This document shows positions 61,641 through 64,000 of a stretch of DNA of 64,000 bases, piece after piece (within the stretch, counting starts at the first letter, position 1; each line of letters opens with the position of its first letter). A model generated the notes under the pieces. That model saw nothing but the letters and a program-made list of their open reading frames with translations. It had not been told where the DNA came from and did not search any database. Source of the stretch: a virus; the IMG/VR virus record IMGVR_UViG_3300029438_000229, positions 1 to 64,000 of that record. One strand, given 5' to 3'. Both the position numbers and the translations under genes were made by a program.

Positions 61641-62522
61641 TCACCCTTTCTTCCGCAGACAATCCTCACATACGGTTCGGAAACAGTCTGCGGATGGTCT
61701 CTCGTGTTTCGGAAGCGGCTTTACCGCCTGTATATGAAGTTTCGCGCCTTGTTCCGGAGTCCTGCCGCAGACAACACACCGAAACCTGTCACGCTGCAAG
61801 ACTTCGTACTTGATTTGCGAGGATGCCTGCCTCCGCTCGTTTTCCCGCTGCTGACGTTCCCGTTCGTGTGCCTTAGCGAGTCTTACGAATTCCTTAGCTT
61901 CTGCCATCGAATAGGTCTTAGACTCCTCCATCGGTCGGCCCTTATGCGTGACATACTGCTTCACCGCAATAAAAGTCGTCTCTATCACGGGAGTGCCGAA
62001 CACCGCTGCATTGACCAGCTTCTTCTCATAGTGCTTATACAGCCAGAAAGGGATTCTTCTTCCGCAATCATCGTCCTTCTCGGTCCAGTTGGGGATGCTT
62101 TTGAGCTCTTCCTTATATGCCGCAAACTGAATCACATTCGACTGCGCCCATCCGAAAACCTCTTCAAACTGGGGAATCTTTTTCCGAACAGTGCTCATGA
62201 ACAGCTTATCGAGGGAAGCCCCCTTGAACTCTTCAAGGGATTCGAGCGGGTATTCGAGACGAATTTCTTCGTCCACATCATAGAACTCATATCCCTGATT
62301 GATTTCCTCAACGCCCGCCAGAATCTCGCTGGTATTGCGCACATCTTTTTTGGCGGCAGAGACGACGAGAAGCCATATACCGGCCAAAACAGCCAATGCG
62401 ACAACAATTACCACGGCAATCGTCACCGGCGACATTACTGCTATCTGGTCCTCTACCCAAAACGAAAACTCTTCCGGCATATCAATCAGCCAGTCTATGA
62501 AATGCATCGGTTTACCGTACAT
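61641..62522 (-). CDS. Membrane protein with C-terminal degenerate HNH/zinc-ribbon motif (293 aa)
   Basis: GGAGG upstream of the ATG. One TM helix. C-terminal RFRCVVCGR....LHIQAVKPL......CEDC. Confidence 0.6.
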   Translation of the reverse strand: MYGKPMHFIDWLIDMPEEFSFWVEDQIAVMSPVTIAVVIVVALAVLAGIWLLVVSAAKKDVRNTSEILAGVEEINQGYEFYDVDEEIRLEYPLESLEEFKGASLDKLFMSTVRKKIPQFEEVFGWAQSNVIQFAAYKEELKSIPNWTEKDDDCGRRIPFWLYKHYEKKLVNAAVFGTPVIETTFIAVKQYVTHKGRPMEESKTYSMAEAKEFVRLAKAHERERQQRENERRQASSQIKYEVLQRDRFRCVVCGRTPEQGAKLHIQAVKPLPKHERPSADCFRTVCEDCLRKKG

Positions 62523-62615
62523 CTATGATTCCTCCATAATTCCAGACGGCGTCTGGAAAATCTCTTTCTTACAATTTCTGTGCGGACAATACCGCTATGA
62601 CTGCCCTTGATTTTC

Positions 62616-62643
62616 ATTATCTTCAATTCGCACAAATCGGCAA
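62616..62643 (-). promoter_or_regulatory. GCGAA-spacer promoter
   Basis: TTGCCG-atttgtGCGAAttgaa-GATAAT with a 16-nt spacer. Confidence 0.6.
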
Positions 62644-62654
62644 CTTTTTCGCGC

Positions 62655-62692
62655 AAAAACAAAAAAAGCAGCCATCCGTGATGGATGACTGC
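62655..62692 (-). terminator. Intrinsic terminator
   Basis: GCAGTCATCC-atcac-GGATGGCTGC followed by TTTTTTTG (minus strand). Confidence 0.65.
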
Positions 62693-62868
62693 AAAAAATA
62701 TCGGTGAATTTCGGAAAAATGTTGCAAACGGCCTTGCAAACCCCCAGAAAAATGTCGCAGCGCTTAGAAATGTGCCTGGTCAATGTTGTTTTTCGTTAGA
62801 GTACGGAGATGACAGAAGAACGCTCGTGTCGAGCACATAATATTTTTCTGAGATTCGCACCTATCGTT

Positions 62869-63096
62869 TCAGGTGTTTTCTCGGATGGCATCGAGGATGT
62901 CCTTCTTTGTGCCGCGCACCGAACAGCCATTATCCTCAAAGGCCGCAAACAGCGTTTGCACGAATTTCTCGTTCTCATCTTTCGAGATATCTGGCATCCA
63001 GAAAGAGTAGTCATCATCGCCGTATTTGAAGACGATGCCTTCAATTTTCGGGTTCTTGCTCATAGTGTCCCCCTTTTTTCCGTTCTGAGCATTCAT
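62869..63096 (-). CDS. Hypothetical protein (75 aa)
   Basis: ATGA overlap with the upstream gene. Confidence 0.5.
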   Translation of the reverse strand: MNAQNGKKGDTMSKNPKIEGIVFKYGDDDYSFWMPDISKDENEKFVQTLFAAFEDNGCSVRGTKKDILDAIRENT

Positions 63097-63509
63097 TTAG
63101 CACATAGGCTCGCAGCCAGCACCCCAACAGCGATAATACCGGTCACGAACAGAAGCATACAGGCGAACATTACGCCGAAAGAAAGCGTGAGGTATGAGAT
63201 TTGTTCGACCATGCTCAGCAGATGAATTTTGTCCGTTAATTTGTCAATTTCATCTACATCCGCCAACTGCTTTTGACGCTCTCCCTCCATGACCAATGCC
63301 TCATAAGCACCGCCAAAACTGAATTCATCGTCCGACAGCGGCTTTCTCCTGGTCTGCATCATGCGGTTTATCAGTTTTTCTTCGAGTTCTGCTTCCTTTG
63401 CGCATTTTTCCGCGTCTTTCTCATCCAGCATCTTGCCCGACACCTTGTAGCAAATGAACGATGCAATGCAAAGCAGCGCTGCAATGACAAGCGAAAAAGT
63501 GAAAATCAT
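63093..63509 (-). CDS. Membrane protein (138 aa)
   Basis: TM helices at both ends. ATGA overlaps on both sides. Confidence 0.55.
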   Translation of the reverse strand: MIFTFSLVIAALLCIASFICYKVSGKMLDEKDAEKCAKEAELEEKLINRMMQTRRKPLSDDEFSFGGAYEALVMEGERQKQLADVDEIDKLTDKIHLLSMVEQISYLTLSFGVMFACMLLFVTGIIAVGVLAASLCAK

Positions 63510-63937
63510 GATTCTACCTCAAGAGGAAGCTGCTCAAACGGCAGCGTCAAGTAGTCGTACAGGGATTCGGCGGTAGGCATGTCGTAGCGCATCCGGCGAC
63601 CATCTTCGAGGTCGAACCAGATGCATTTGCGGACATCCTCATACAGCCACCAGTCAATGGTGTCTGCCTTGTCGTCCAGTTCTTCTTTGAGGATGCGGAG
63701 CAATGCAGCAAGATACAGATTGTCAGCATAGAACACTACTGCCGAGTCGCAGATTTTGCCGAGCGCATGGTCAAATTCCGAAATTTTCCGGTCTTGCTCG
63801 TCAACTACCCCCACCTGAAGGAGGGGGCTTGTAGTCCCGCAGGACTCCAATTTTTTTCCCACTCGACGGACTGTTAGGCACGGTTGCTGTCCGTGCGACC
63901 GAGTACAATGGGCGTTCACCGCTGTTGCAGGCGGCAT
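63506..63937 (-). CDS. Hypothetical protein, start uncertain
   Basis: The C-terminal ~100 aa look protein-like. The N-terminal ~45 codons do not, and there is no clear SD. Confidence 0.35.
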   Translation of the reverse strand: MPPATAVNAHCTRSHGQQPCLTVRRVGKKLESCGTTSPLLQVGVVDEQDRKISEFDHALGKICDSAVVFYADNLYLAALLRILKEELDDKADTIDWWLYEDVRKCIWFDLEDGRRMRYDMPTAESLYDYLTLPFEQLPLEVES

Positions 63938-64000
63938 AGCTGTGGTGAGAATTGGATTATGCGGGATACAGTCCCAATAACCCTACATTGCGAATGTTTA

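Noticed and set aside
63076-63089. Fifth copy of the CAGAACGGAAAA motif
   Set aside because: It coincides with codons 3-7 of 62869-63096 (..AQNGKK..), so it is most simply explained by coding sequence rather than a regulatory site.

Overview
The window is a gene-dense segment that is almost entirely transcribed from the minus strand. I call about 88 CDS, and only one sizeable gene (50287-52164) lies on the plus strand. Signals point to a Firmicutes/Clostridia-type host: AGGAGG-like SD sites, sigma-A-like promoters, lipoboxes, a sortase and an NAD-dependent LigA. All family calls were made by eye from motifs, with no searches run.

Content looks like the accessory, DNA-metabolism and anti-defence part of a phage, plasmid or ICE-like element:
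- LigA
- an SF1 UvrD-like helicase
- a PLD-nuclease/P-loop fusion
- four DNA methyltransferases (an EcoRI-like m6A enzyme, two C5 enzymes and one N4/N6 beta-class enzyme)
- two DUF262 (ParB-like) proteins, one fused to HNH
- a macrodomain and a MazG-like NTP pyrophosphatase
- a radical SAM enzyme
- a GHKL ATPase
- a HEPN-like protein
- secreted or membrane proteins (ComEC-type MBL, sortase, vWA)
- many small orphan genes

I saw no capsid, tail, terminase, integrase, conjugation, rRNA, tRNA or CRISPR features.

The most striking signal is non-coding. One promoter family has an invariant 16-nt spacer carrying GCGAA at a fixed position, in 19 copies. In ten of those copies the promoter is followed by a conserved ~100-nt structured leader that ends in a conserved intrinsic terminator directly in front of the first gene. 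This architecture resembles lambdoid Q-type antitermination, but it is multiplied across the element.

Other candidates:
- a translationally coupled methyltransferase / proteasome-like Ntn hydrolase / DUF262-HNH nuclease operon
- a repeat-rich ~590-nt non-coding hub
- a ~480-nt hairpin-rich non-coding stretch
- reciprocal chimeric pseudogenes (Toprim x IscB/RRXRR-like HNH)
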